Origin: a virus
Lineage: Duplodnaviria > Caudoviricetes
DNA: 64,000 bases
Strand: one strand, 5' to 3'
Virus record (IMG/VR): IMGVR_UViG_3300006922_000005
In this document: piece after piece, positions 36,309 to 44,787 of the stretch
How positions within the stretch are numbered: position 1 is the stretch's first letter
Layout of the letters: every line of letters begins with the position of its first letter
The notes under the pieces: model-generated
Told to the model about the DNA's origin: nothing
Seen by the model: only the letters and a program-made list of their open reading frames with translations
Database searches by the model: none
Made by a program: the position numbers and the translations under genes

Positions 36309-36898
36309 TACTCAAACTCTTTCAAAAAACTTGCAAACCCTTTTGTTAGAGATTGTTCTGTTGTAATTTTTCCTGATTTATGATCTTTTTCTAATTCTTG
36401 TCTACGTCTTATTAGTTCTTTTTTAAGTTTAGGATCTTTAGATGTGTTTGGATCCATTTGAATATCTTGTAATGCTTTTCTTTTTGCTCGATATTCTTCG
36501 TTACTCATTTGTTTTAAACCTTCAAGGCTTTCAAACACTTTTGCTAGTGTATTTTCAATTTTTGAAAGTCTACTGTCTACTTCATGCCACTTATCGTTAT
36601 ATGTTTGTTGTGTAGGTACAGTTGATTCTACTATGCGTTGTGGTTGTGGTGCTTGTGGAGTTACACTACTTAACCCTGCTAGTGCGGCCATATCACTTGC
36701 TCTAGTATCGCTTACACCAGGAATATGTTTTCCTTTAATACTTTCTGCAACCATACGTGCATGGGAGTTAGCATCTGTGCTTTGATTATTATTTTGTTCT
36801 TGTAACGCTTGACCGTGTTGTGGAGCGTCTACAGTAAGTCCTTTATTTTCAATTCCTAACTCAGTAAACTTATTTAAAATGCTTTGTAAATCTGCCAT
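36308..36898 (-). CDS. Hypothetical, putative internal-head protein
   Basis: CTTAAATA late-like core just upstream; MADLQSILNKF leader. Confidence 0.6.
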   Translation of the reverse strand: MADLQSILNKFTELGIENKGLTVDAPQHGQALQEQNNNQSTDANSHARMVAESIKGKHIPGVSDTRASDMAALAGLSSVTPQAPQPQRIVESTVPTQQTYNDKWHEVDSRLSKIENTLAKVFESLEGLKQMSNEEYRAKRKALQDIQMDPNTSKDPKLKKELIRRRQELEKDHKSGKITTEQSLTKGFASFLKEFE

Positions 36899-36904
36899 AA
36901 TTAT

Positions 36905-37060
36905 TTAAGAGACACTTTTGGATTTAGTGTTTCCTCCTCCTTGTCTTTTTTTACGTCCTGCACAATGAGCCTTTTGTGAGAAACCTTTGGGGTTCGAACA
37001 GTCAATTGACTTTTTATGTTTCTTGCTCCAGGCTTCACTAATAATCTCATAGTACCTCAT
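36905..37060 (-). CDS. Small basic Cys-containing protein (51 aa; not in the ORF track)
   Basis: MRYYEIISEA-WSKKHKKSIDCSNPKGFSQKAHCAGRKK; ATGA overlap. Confidence 0.7.
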   Translation of the reverse strand: MRYYEIISEAWSKKHKKSIDCSNPKGFSQKAHCAGRKKRQGGGNTKSKSVS

Positions 37061-37455
37061 TTCTTTTTAGTGGCAACGTTTTTTGCTTTACCACGTCTAT
37101 TTTTGTTTGGATCTTGTCTACGTTTTCTACTAGCCGCAGACTTCCTTCCTTTTTTACCTAATGATTGTGCTTTACTACGAGGTAAACATTTTGGCTTACC
37201 TTCACTGTTTGAGCCTCTTGCACAGTCACCACGAATTTTTCCATCAGGGCCAAAACGTACCCATTTATCTTTAAACCACTTTTTTAAGTTTTCGTCTATG
37301 GATTCAGAAAATACTAAATCACCACAATTTACACAGAAGTCAACATCTTCATTTTTAACACAATTAGGTACACGTTTTCCGAACATAGTTTTCATGCCCT
37401 TCTTTTTGTAGCCTTTCCAGCATCGTGTTCCTTCAGTGACTTCTATAATACGCAT
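37057..37455 (-). CDS. Basic Cys-rich modular protein, putative internal-head protein
   Basis: MRIIEVTEG leader; CWKGY...VPNCVK and LKKWFKDKW...KPKCLP modules. Confidence 0.7.
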   Translation of the reverse strand: MRIIEVTEGTRCWKGYKKKGMKTMFGKRVPNCVKNEDVDFCVNCGDLVFSESIDENLKKWFKDKWVRFGPDGKIRGDCARGSNSEGKPKCLPRSKAQSLGKKGRKSAASRKRRQDPNKNRRGKAKNVATKKK

Positions 37456-37862
37456 TAATCTTTATCCCAACTCTTACTTACTTTATCTGTATGTATTGGT
37501 CCACCACCGGCCCATGTTCTACAAGTTCTAGCACTGTGACATTTAAATTTGTGCATCCAGCAATAACCTAAATATCCATCTTCATCTTCTAGTTCACCTG
37601 GCATACATTCAAGCATACCTGGACTAATATCAAAAGCGGCACAACTATTACATAAAGTTTTTTCTGCGGCGTCTACACTTGTTTTCCAAAACTTTGCAAT
37701 CTTTTCATAATAGTCACCTGGATGTTTTACATTCAATGGACCATACTGAATATGTTCTGCTTGTATAGCGGCATTACGATTCTTAGTATTAAGTTCTAAA
37801 TCTTGTGTTGCTAGTGGGCAACCTTTTTCACCTGCTTCTACGATTGCAATTAAGTTTCTCAT
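37455..37862 (-). CDS. Cys-rich (putative Zn-binding) protein, putative internal-head protein
   Basis: MRNLIAIVEA leader; CxxC, YCWMHKFKC..ARTC. Confidence 0.7.
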   Translation of the reverse strand: MRNLIAIVEAGEKGCPLATQDLELNTKNRNAAIQAEHIQYGPLNVKHPGDYYEKIAKFWKTSVDAAEKTLCNSCAAFDISPGMLECMPGELEDEDGYLGYCWMHKFKCHSARTCRTWAGGGPIHTDKVSKSWDKD

Positions 37863-38461
37863 GATTTACTATTTCCCCAGTTCTTAGCACCTTTTTTACG
37901 ACACTGTACTAGAGCACCACTTGCATATGCACTTGGCCATACTTTGTAACGTGCTTTAACTTTATGATAACAAGCATCTTTTTCACCAGCGGCTTCGTCA
38001 AATTGTGCTTCTGTCATAGTCTGTGCTGATTCAACAAATACTTCTACCATGTCATCGCCATTACGCAATGCACCTTTTTTAACTTTTACGTTTTCTTTGC
38101 CGTATTTTTTTGTTGCTTCTTCTGGAGACATTGAAGTTTGTTTCCAACGCTTCTCTGCTTCCTTTACTACTGATAATTTTTCTTCTAGTGATTCAAAATA
38201 ATCATCTTTTTGATCTTTCATACTCATCATACGTTCACGTTCTTTGGCTTGCATACGCTCGCCTTCCATGTAAGCATGAAGTGTTTTTACTTTTTCGTGT
38301 ACACCACTGAATTTGTTTTGAAACCACTCAGGGAATGTTCCACCCTTGTGTACATGGTCATGAATTTCTTCTACTGCGTATTTGATGTATGCAACCTGAT
38401 TGGCAAGCATTTCATCTTCGTACTTTGATGCTGGCTCATCGTACTTGTCTTCATTAATCAT
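37859..38461 (-). CDS. Modular putative internal-head protein
   Basis: Three Glu-delimited modules ending DACYHKVKARYKVWPSAYASGALVQCRK. Confidence 0.7.
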   Translation of the reverse strand: MINEDKYDEPASKYEDEMLANQVAYIKYAVEEIHDHVHKGGTFPEWFQNKFSGVHEKVKTLHAYMEGERMQAKERERMMSMKDQKDDYFESLEEKLSVVKEAEKRWKQTSMSPEEATKKYGKENVKVKKGALRNGDDMVEVFVESAQTMTEAQFDEAAGEKDACYHKVKARYKVWPSAYASGALVQCRKKGAKNWGNSKS

Positions 38462-38496
38462 CGATTGCTCCTATAATGTGTTTTGTATTATACGAG

Positions 38497-38503
38497 TATT
38501 TAT
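38497..38503 (-). promoter_or_regulatory. T4-like late promoter core (cgATAAATActc)
   Basis: ATAAATA upstream of 38461 start. Confidence 0.65.
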
Positions 38504-39069
38504 CGTTTTAGTGGTCCGCCGAAGATAGATGTGTCTTTCATATTAAGAGCATTATCTGTTGGCTTTTGCTTTTTTGCTTTAGGAGGATTAGGTAAACCGC
38601 CTACTAAACCGTATTTTTTACGTGTTTTTGCGTCACCTATTGCTAAATGCGGACTTGCAACTGAGGCAATGTTACCTGCACTAGTTGCTCCTGCTGTTGC
38701 TGTTTCTTCAACTTGTTCTAATCCTTTAAATATATCGCTAGATTCTTGACTAAGTTTGGCCGCAATAGCCATTTGTCTACGTTTTGCTTTGCTTTTACCT
38801 TTAAATTGCGGAGCATCGCTTTTGTAGAAATCTTTAATAACATCACCCATTTCAGTATCTTTAGTAATCTTTTCAGATACAAAACTTTCAAACTGTTGTT
38901 CCATAGGTGTTTTTTTGTATTTTTCTTTACGTGGGATAGTCTTAGTTTTATCTTTATGAGAGCCAGATGCGCCACTTTTACGTAGTGCTTCCATATCACG
39001 CCAATTAGGATCACGTGATTTACTTGGTTCTAATTTTTTTACTGCTTCTACTAAGTCTTTTAAACGCAT
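38500..39069 (-). CDS. Modular putative internal-head protein
   Basis: MRLKDLVEA leader; DFYKSDAPQFKGKSK.KRR.MAIAA and ETATAGATSAG modules. Confidence 0.7.
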   Translation of the reverse strand: MRLKDLVEAVKKLEPSKSRDPNWRDMEALRKSGASGSHKDKTKTIPRKEKYKKTPMEQQFESFVSEKITKDTEMGDVIKDFYKSDAPQFKGKSKAKRRQMAIAAKLSQESSDIFKGLEQVEETATAGATSAGNIASVASPHLAIGDAKTRKKYGLVGGLPNPPKAKKQKPTDNALNMKDTSIFGGPLKR

Positions 39070-39077
39070 ATTGATAT

Positions 39078-39269
39078 TTACCTATCTTTAAGAATATTTT
39101 TCATAACATTAGTTGCTGTATTAGTAAAGCATCTTGGAGCAATACTATGTACTAGTAGTGCAGGTACTAGCAGTTGTAATTTTACTGCTGTTTTAATTGC
39201 CTTCCTCATATGCTGTAATCCTGTTTCACCTTGTTCTTCTAAGTGTAGTTTACATTGTTTACTTAACAT
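39078..39269 (-). CDS. Small hypothetical protein
   Basis: Stop/start overlap; HLEEQGETGLQHM. Confidence 0.6.
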   Translation of the reverse strand: MLSKQCKLHLEEQGETGLQHMRKAIKTAVKLQLLVPALLVHSIAPRCFTNTATNVMKNILKDR

Positions 39270-40057
39270 TACGCCGCCTCTCTTTCTTTTTCTTTACTAG
39301 CAATCCACTTCATCATATTTGTAGCAGGGTTTGCCAAGTACCATCCAACGTCACTATATGTTTTAAATTTACTTGCTAATAGATCTGCTGATATAGATGA
39401 AAAGGACCTTCTATTTTGTACAGTTATTAATTCTTTAACTTTTTTACCACCAAACGTACTTAAAAAAGATTGTAAGTTTAGCATATAATAGAAAGGTGTA
39501 TCTAATATAACTTCACCTTTGTGTTGACTATAACTAGGAATACCTTTTTGATAGCCACTTAATATTTTTTGCATTTCCTCATCTGGTAAATCTTCGCGAC
39601 CTTGCCCACGGACTAATGTTCCGCCTTGGTCATCATATGCTCCTTTTTGAAATTTTGGATCATATCCTTTGAAGCCACCCAAGTCGTCTATGTCTGGGTT
39701 CCAATAAGCAGTAAAGTCACCACCTGGAATTATTATATGATTTGTACCAAAATAGTCACTAGTACTACTAGGTGCTACTGTAGTTGTTTGTGCAGGACTA
39801 ACAATGTTTAAATCGTTAAGCACTGCTACCTGTATAGGATTGTGATTTCCCATTACGCTTTTTCTTGCAGGGTTATCTACCTTTTGTATTAGATTTTGTT
39901 TAGCACCGCCGTGGTATGTGCCTGTGTGCATTGCCCTATAAAGAATAGGTTGGTTTCCCATTTTACTACAAAGTTCAGCGGCAACTTTTAAACGCTCTAT
40001 AGCATGTTCTGTATTATTAGTTGGTGTAACAACTTCTGTTACTTCGCATATCCTCAT
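39269..40057 (-). CDS. Putative ADP-ribosyltransferase-fold protein
   Basis: LYRA (Arg), TTT/STS..YFG..HIIIP, GEVIL (Glu); MRICEVTEV leader. Confidence 0.5.
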   Translation of the reverse strand: MRICEVTEVVTPTNNTEHAIERLKVAAELCSKMGNQPILYRAMHTGTYHGGAKQNLIQKVDNPARKSVMGNHNPIQVAVLNDLNIVSPAQTTTVAPSSTSDYFGTNHIIIPGGDFTAYWNPDIDDLGGFKGYDPKFQKGAYDDQGGTLVRGQGREDLPDEEMQKILSGYQKGIPSYSQHKGEVILDTPFYYMLNLQSFLSTFGGKKVKELITVQNRRSFSSISADLLASKFKTYSDVGWYLANPATNMMKWIASKEKEREAA

Positions 40058-40761
40058 TTCTTTTTGCCACTCTTCATATTAGCACACCAGTGATACATCT
40101 TTGCTTTTTCACCACTTGCTTTTTTAGCCTTTGCTCTTAAACTTGTAACTGATCCGTTACAACTAGCACCCGACTTCTTTACTCTGCCTGGGCGACTCTT
40201 GCCCTTTTTTTTACCGTCTGCGAAGTTTTCTTTTACTTTATTATTATCTAAGTGTAATAGTATTGTTTTAAAACTTCTTTCAAACTTATGATCTTTGTGT
40301 TTGACTCCAATGCCTCCCGCGGCATTCCATTTGTCAATATTTTGTCCAAAGTCATCTATCAGTATGTTGGGAGTACCATCACTTTGCTGTGCGTACTTGG
40401 CTTTGTTTCCTGTGATGATTACTGATTTAGGTGGAAACTGTTTAAGATTGTTTTTCACCCACATACGTTTATGTGGTTCTGATCTAGGATCGTCAGCCAA
40501 AGGCGAACTTAAAATAGTATAACTGCCTTTATGTTTTTGAATCAAAGCCAAAAGTTTTCCTGCGTTAGGAGTAGGTTCGAGATCTAACCAAAAGTTGTCT
40601 GCATCTCTAATTGCTTGAAGACCTGCATCGATATCTTTAATATCACGAAAGTCTTTTGCACCCATAAGTTTTGCCCAAGCACCAAAGAAGTCAACAAGGA
40701 CACCGTCCATGTCTACGTAGATTTCAGGTTTTGAATTATTACTGATTTCAAATAATCTCAT
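40054..40761 (-). CDS. HAD-family 5'(3')-deoxyribonucleotidase with basic C-terminal module
   Basis: IYVDMDGVLVDF, ILSSP, K..W, ILIDD; MRLFEIS leader. Confidence 0.85.
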   Translation of the reverse strand: MRLFEISNNSKPEIYVDMDGVLVDFFGAWAKLMGAKDFRDIKDIDAGLQAIRDADNFWLDLEPTPNAGKLLALIQKHKGSYTILSSPLADDPRSEPHKRMWVKNNLKQFPPKSVIITGNKAKYAQQSDGTPNILIDDFGQNIDKWNAAGGIGVKHKDHKFERSFKTILLHLDNNKVKENFADGKKKGKSRPGRVKKSGASCNGSVTSLRAKAKKASGEKAKMYHWCANMKSGKKK

Positions 40762-40973
40762 TTACGTCCTCTAAATCCTTTAAATCCTGCGCCAGTCATA
40801 TAAGGTCTTGAAAACCATAATTCAAACCATTCTTTGTCACCAGGTTTGACACCTAACTTACGTTCTTTATCTTTTAGTTCTTGTGCAGTATGTGACATGT
40901 TTTCTAATGTTTGATGATTATCATTTCTAACAATATCTACACCTGCTAATTTTTTTAACTCATCTAATGTCAT
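40758..40973 (-). CDS. Small hypothetical protein
   Basis: MTLDELKKLAG; ATGA overlaps on both sides. Confidence 0.65.
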   Translation of the reverse strand: MTLDELKKLAGVDIVRNDNHQTLENMSHTAQELKDKERKLGVKPGDKEWFELWFSRPYMTGAGFKGFRGRK

Positions 40974-41836
40974 ATTAGTTTGTACGCTTTCATCATTTTT
41001 TTAAGAGTACCTTTTTTAACATCTTTAGTTGTGTTTTGCTTTGTAATAATTCCAACGCCGGCGGCTTCTGTACTTTTTATTGCATCTTGTTTAAATGCTT
41101 TATCTACGCCAATTTTACTTGCCATGGCTCTACGTTTTTTAAGTTTATCTGCAACACTTAATTCTTCTGGTTCAGGTGGACGTCTTTTAACAGTGTTTCT
41201 TTTTGGAGTTCTAGTTGCAAACCCCATTATCTCATTTACTTCAAGACCCATTCCTTTGCGTACTCTAGCAAACATTTGTTTAGCAAGAGTTTCATTTCCT
41301 GAAATACCTTGTGCAAAACTAGTAAAATCATCGTCAGCGGCAAACTGTCTTAGTTTACTTGCACTCATACCTTGTACACCTTCAGCATCAGGATCACGTT
41401 CTCCACTGCTTACTACTTTTGCATTTGCAAACGTAAAAGGAACTTCACCTTTAGTATCTGGCTTATTATTGTACTTGTCAATTAAATCTTGATATTGTTG
41501 CACTCTATCACTTCCTGCAACAAGTATAACATTATCATAACCTTTACCTTGTAGATGTTGAAACATTTGAATAATAGTTTTTACACTAGTATTTTTATCT
41601 ACAGGTACATTAAACATTTCTTGAGCAAAATGTAATTTTTCTGCAAATGATAATGGATCTGTTTTTGGTTTTTGTGTTTTAGTTAAAAACAAAATAGGAT
41701 CACCCATAAACTTTTGTGCATGTTGATTAACAACATCTATAACTTTTTGGTGACCTATAGTTGGCGGATTCATTCTTCCCCAAGCAACTACTGCTGTCTT
41801 CTTTGGTTGTGCTTCAAGCAGTTCGTTGAGTAGCAT
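40970..41836 (-). CDS. HIGH-superfamily nucleotidyltransferase (cytidyltransferase-like)
   Basis: WGRMNPPTIGH, VAGSDR, SSGERDPD, GMSASKLR; MLLNELLEA leader. Confidence 0.82.
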   Translation of the reverse strand: MLLNELLEAQPKKTAVVAWGRMNPPTIGHQKVIDVVNQHAQKFMGDPILFLTKTQKPKTDPLSFAEKLHFAQEMFNVPVDKNTSVKTIIQMFQHLQGKGYDNVILVAGSDRVQQYQDLIDKYNNKPDTKGEVPFTFANAKVVSSGERDPDAEGVQGMSASKLRQFAADDDFTSFAQGISGNETLAKQMFARVRKGMGLEVNEIMGFATRTPKRNTVKRRPPEPEELSVADKLKKRRAMASKIGVDKAFKQDAIKSTEAAGVGIITKQNTTKDVKKGTLKKMMKAYKLI

Positions 41837-42196
41837 TTAAGCCTCCTTGGTATCGTATGCGCCGTCTTTAATGTGTGGTAGGTGTTTTTCCGCTAGTTTG
41901 TGACATATACTAGACATTAACTCTTGTGTGTAAACTTCTTCAGTCTTGCCAGATATGTTATAAGTTTCGTTGTACTTCATACAACCTGCTGTAACCATTG
42001 CTTCAAAGTATGGTGCAACTTCTTCAATTGAATCTTTTTCAACAATATTTTTTCTTTTTAGATCTGCTATAGCAGGTAAAAAGAATTCTTTATGGATTGA
42101 ATCGTCATTATCAATGAAGAAACTAATATCATCTATTAAGTCGTATTGTGGAGTACTATTATCGCTGTCTGCTGTAAAAAGTTCTTTTAATAACAT
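41837..42196 (-). CDS. Hypothetical protein
   Basis: MLLKELF leader; abuts neighbours. Confidence 0.65.
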   Translation of the reverse strand: MLLKELFTADSDNSTPQYDLIDDISFFIDNDDSIHKEFFLPAIADLKRKNIVEKDSIEEVAPYFEAMVTAGCMKYNETYNISGKTEEVYTQELMSSICHKLAEKHLPHIKDGAYDTKEA

Positions 42197-42202
42197 GTGT
42201 AA

Positions 42203-43564
42203 TTACCATTTTCTACATGACCAGTAACGTGCCTTAGTCTTAGGACCAGGATTGTCACAGTTGTGTCTAGCACGGAAACTTCTACGTCTTGCTGGATTAG
42301 ATTTTTTAATTCTCATATCCGGATCACCAAAGTTAACTTTAACTACATTACCTTTTGGATTCTTAACGTATACTTTAAACTTTTTAACATCACCACGCAT
42401 TGGTTTGTTTAGTTTAACAGTACGTCCTTGGTATTCTGCTTCTACAACATTTTCGTCATTTTCTTCAATCCAACCAAATGCTTCATAAAACTCATCTCCA
42501 TTAAATGATACATCAGTCTGTCCTTTAAACCATTCTGTTGCTTCTACATCTTCTGAATAAAAATCTAATTGAGGATCTTTAAATAATCTTTTTGCAAGTT
42601 GTGGATCTTTAGAAAATGATTTTTTAAATCTTCCTATTAGTTCTTCTCTTGGTGATGTATCTAAACTTGCTGGCATCATATGGTCAACAACATCTTCGAT
42701 GTCCATGTCTGGGTTATCAAGAATCGCTTTCACATACTTTTGCATATCTTTTAAATCTCTAAGGTATGGCATTATCATATCTATGTCGCCACCTTCTTCT
42801 CCAGTGTCGCCACCTGCTTTGTAAGTTTCTATATCTTGTCTTGCAGTTTGAAGATCAGTTAGTAACGTTTTGTAAGTCATCTTTACAAATGGTAATACTT
42901 CATCATAGGTTACACTATCTCTGTCGAAGTCTGATTCATTTGTTGACTCGTCTACTGGAGAAAATGACATGTGGTCTTTACATTTACTACACACTGCGTT
43001 GCCGTCTTTGTCTATTTCGCTATCTGCAGGTGCACCACAACAGTCACTTAACATGTCTGGTTCATCTTCTGATTCACTTACATCTTCTGTTGATTCCATT
43101 TCAGATGCATCAGGTGCATCACTATCTTTGTATGTACTTTGATCAGCATCTCTTTCAATATCCATACTGCGTATTGCATGTTTAATAACTTCAAAAGCAA
43201 GTGTCTGTTCTTCTTTAGACATAGTGCCTTTTTCTTTTTCGCTGAGTTCACCAACGAACATACTTAATTCTATTTGTGCATCTGACGATGGTTTAATACG
43301 TTGTGCAATTTCACCTAGTAATCTGCCTGGAGAGCGTTTTAGTTCGTCTTGATATAATGCAAGTCTTACTTTTGGATCAGTTAGGTCTTTGCCTTTGAAT
43401 GCTACATTGTTAGCAATGCTGTATTCGTTTTGTGCTGGTGTTGGGGGTGTAAAAGTAATATCCTTTACATGATTAATTGCATCGCTAAACTTCATTCTCT
43501 CCGGTTCTTTTTTGGCTTCCGTATTGAAAGAATCAAGTTTGTTTATTAGTGTTCTGAAATCCAT
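42203..43564 (-). CDS. Acidic modular putative internal-head/scaffold protein
   Basis: AAGGAG RBS and late promoter; acidic linkers, CCG..C..C..H module, basic C-terminal EAEYQGR...ARYWSCRKW module. Confidence 0.7.
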   Translation of the reverse strand: MDFRTLINKLDSFNTEAKKEPERMKFSDAINHVKDITFTPPTPAQNEYSIANNVAFKGKDLTDPKVRLALYQDELKRSPGRLLGEIAQRIKPSSDAQIELSMFVGELSEKEKGTMSKEEQTLAFEVIKHAIRSMDIERDADQSTYKDSDAPDASEMESTEDVSESEDEPDMLSDCCGAPADSEIDKDGNAVCSKCKDHMSFSPVDESTNESDFDRDSVTYDEVLPFVKMTYKTLLTDLQTARQDIETYKAGGDTGEEGGDIDMIMPYLRDLKDMQKYVKAILDNPDMDIEDVVDHMMPASLDTSPREELIGRFKKSFSKDPQLAKRLFKDPQLDFYSEDVEATEWFKGQTDVSFNGDEFYEAFGWIEENDENVVEAEYQGRTVKLNKPMRGDVKKFKVYVKNPKGNVVKVNFGDPDMRIKKSNPARRRSFRARHNCDNPGPKTKARYWSCRKW

Positions 43565-43586
43565 AGTTATACTCTCCTTATGTGAG

Positions 43587-43593
43587 TATTTAT
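43587..43593 (-). promoter_or_regulatory. T4-like late promoter core (taATAAATActc)
   Basis: ATAAATA heading the 36-43.6 kb cassette. Confidence 0.7.
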
Positions 43594-43608
43594 TATAGAA
43601 TGGATCAT

Positions 43609-43842
43609 TTAGCGGTGCTGTTTGAATACTACCTTATGTGGTGGCTTTGCTGTAAATTCATAGCCGAATTGATTACCTACAAAATATCTGCCCTTCCAAA
43701 CCAAGCGTACACGCACTGTATTAAGGATTACGTCCATGTGCTTATCTTCTTGATATGAGAACAAATCTGCTTCAACTACTTGCTCATTGTCTGTACACGT
43801 TACTGAAATTGTTTTTGGTAGTTCTTCTCTGTATTGAGCCAT
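43609..43842 (-). CDS. Hypothetical protein
   Basis: GGAGA RBS. Confidence 0.65.
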   Translation of the reverse strand: MAQYREELPKTISVTCTDNEQVVEADLFSYQEDKHMDVILNTVRVRLVWKGRYFVGNQFGYEFTAKPPHKVVFKQHR

Positions 43843-43872
43843 TTATATCTCCGTTGTTGAAAATGTAGGTAT

Positions 43873-43898
43873 AAAAAAAGACCCCCGAAGGGGTCTTT
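43873..43898 (-). terminator. Rho-independent terminator with cUUCGg loop
   Basis: AAAGACCCC-TTCG-GGGGTCTTT followed by a T run. Confidence 0.88.
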
Positions 43899-43912
43899 CT
43901 TCAATGTGTTAC

Positions 43913-44170
43913 TTAGGCTACTTTTGTAGCAAGTGCTTTGTAACCAGCCGCAATTACTTTACGACTTGCAGTACCTAAACGATACTTGTTAGTTACTCTA
44001 CCCTTTGTATCAGTGTGAGTGTTCAAGTAGATTGAATAACCTGAAAACCTTAGTGCCTGAATTACTGCGGCCGGGTTACCTGCACCAAAACGTGACTTGA
44101 TTTGTTTTGCTGTAAGTTCGTTGCCGTTTGAAAGGGCTGTTAGTACTTTTGATTGAATTGTGTTTGACAT
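43913..44170 (-). CDS. Winged helix-turn-helix protein
   Basis: LTALSNG.ELTAKQIKSRF...NP...I..LR..GY.I; AGGAG RBS. Confidence 0.65.
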   Translation of the reverse strand: MSNTIQSKVLTALSNGNELTAKQIKSRFGAGNPAAVIQALRFSGYSIYLNTHTDTKGRVTNKYRLGTASRKVIAAGYKALATKVA

Positions 44171-44220
44171 TATTTTCTCCTAGTTGTCTATGCGAAAACT
44201 ATTTTCACATTCACTTGTAT

Positions 44221-44249
44221 ATAATACAGTCTAATAATAAGTTTGTAAA
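44221..44249 (-). promoter_or_regulatory. Sigma70-type promoter
   Basis: TTTACA-17-TATTAT. Confidence 0.6.
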
Positions 44250-44265
44250 GACTTTGTTTAGCCAA

Positions 44266-44285
44266 AGTGGCGTCGAAACGCCACT
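44266..44285 (-). terminator. UUCG hairpin after 44299..44610
   Basis: AGTGGCGT-TTCG-ACGCCACT, 8 bp. Confidence 0.7.
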
Positions 44286-44298
44286 CTGTTTATCCAAT

Positions 44299-44610
44299 TT
44301 ATGCCGCTTGGTTGATTACAGTTTTGTTAGTGCTTGATAACAAGTTAACTAATTCTGATTTCATTGCCATTGCGCCTTGTAATGATGTAGTACCTAGTAC
44401 TCTTACATTAAAGTCATAACCAGCATCTACTAATTTTCTAGTAGCAGTTGGTCTAGTCATTTTTAGATTTGCAAATTTAATTGCTCCACCGTTAACTGAT
44501 CCGTTAACCATGTATTTGTTTGCTTCTTCAACGAACACGCCAACTTTTGAGTTTACGTTTCCTTTTTGAAATTCTCTAGTGTATACAACAAATTGTTTTG
44601 TTCTAGCCAT
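44299..44610 (-). CDS. Hypothetical early protein (start likely 44610, MARTKQ)
   Basis: AAGGAG RBS before 44610; promoter lies inside the tracked upstream extension. Confidence 0.7.
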   Translation of the reverse strand: MARTKQFVVYTREFQKGNVNSKVGVFVEEANKYMVNGSVNGGAIKFANLKMTRPTATRKLVDAGYDFNVRVLGTTSLQGAMAMKSELVNLLSSTNKTVINQAA

Positions 44611-44670
44611 TTCTATCTCCTTGTTTAGATTATTAAAAAAGTGCTTAATTAAATTAAACATACTATATAC

Positions 44671-44699
44671 ATAATACAACAAATCGTTGTAAAAATCAA
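44671..44699 (-). promoter_or_regulatory. Sigma70-type promoter (divergent pair, leftward)
   Basis: TTGATT-17-TATTAT. Confidence 0.6.
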
Positions 44700-44726
44700 G
44701 TTTTTATTTTACCAAAATAAAAGTGG

Positions 44727-44755
44727 TTGACAAGAGTGGTAAAACCAACTATAAT
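44727..44755 (+). promoter_or_regulatory. Sigma70-type promoter (divergent pair, rightward)
   Basis: TTGACA-17-TATAAT followed by ATAAGTATAGTTAG. Confidence 0.85.
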
Positions 44756-44787
44756 ATAAGTATAGTTAGGCAAAAGGAAATCCAAAA

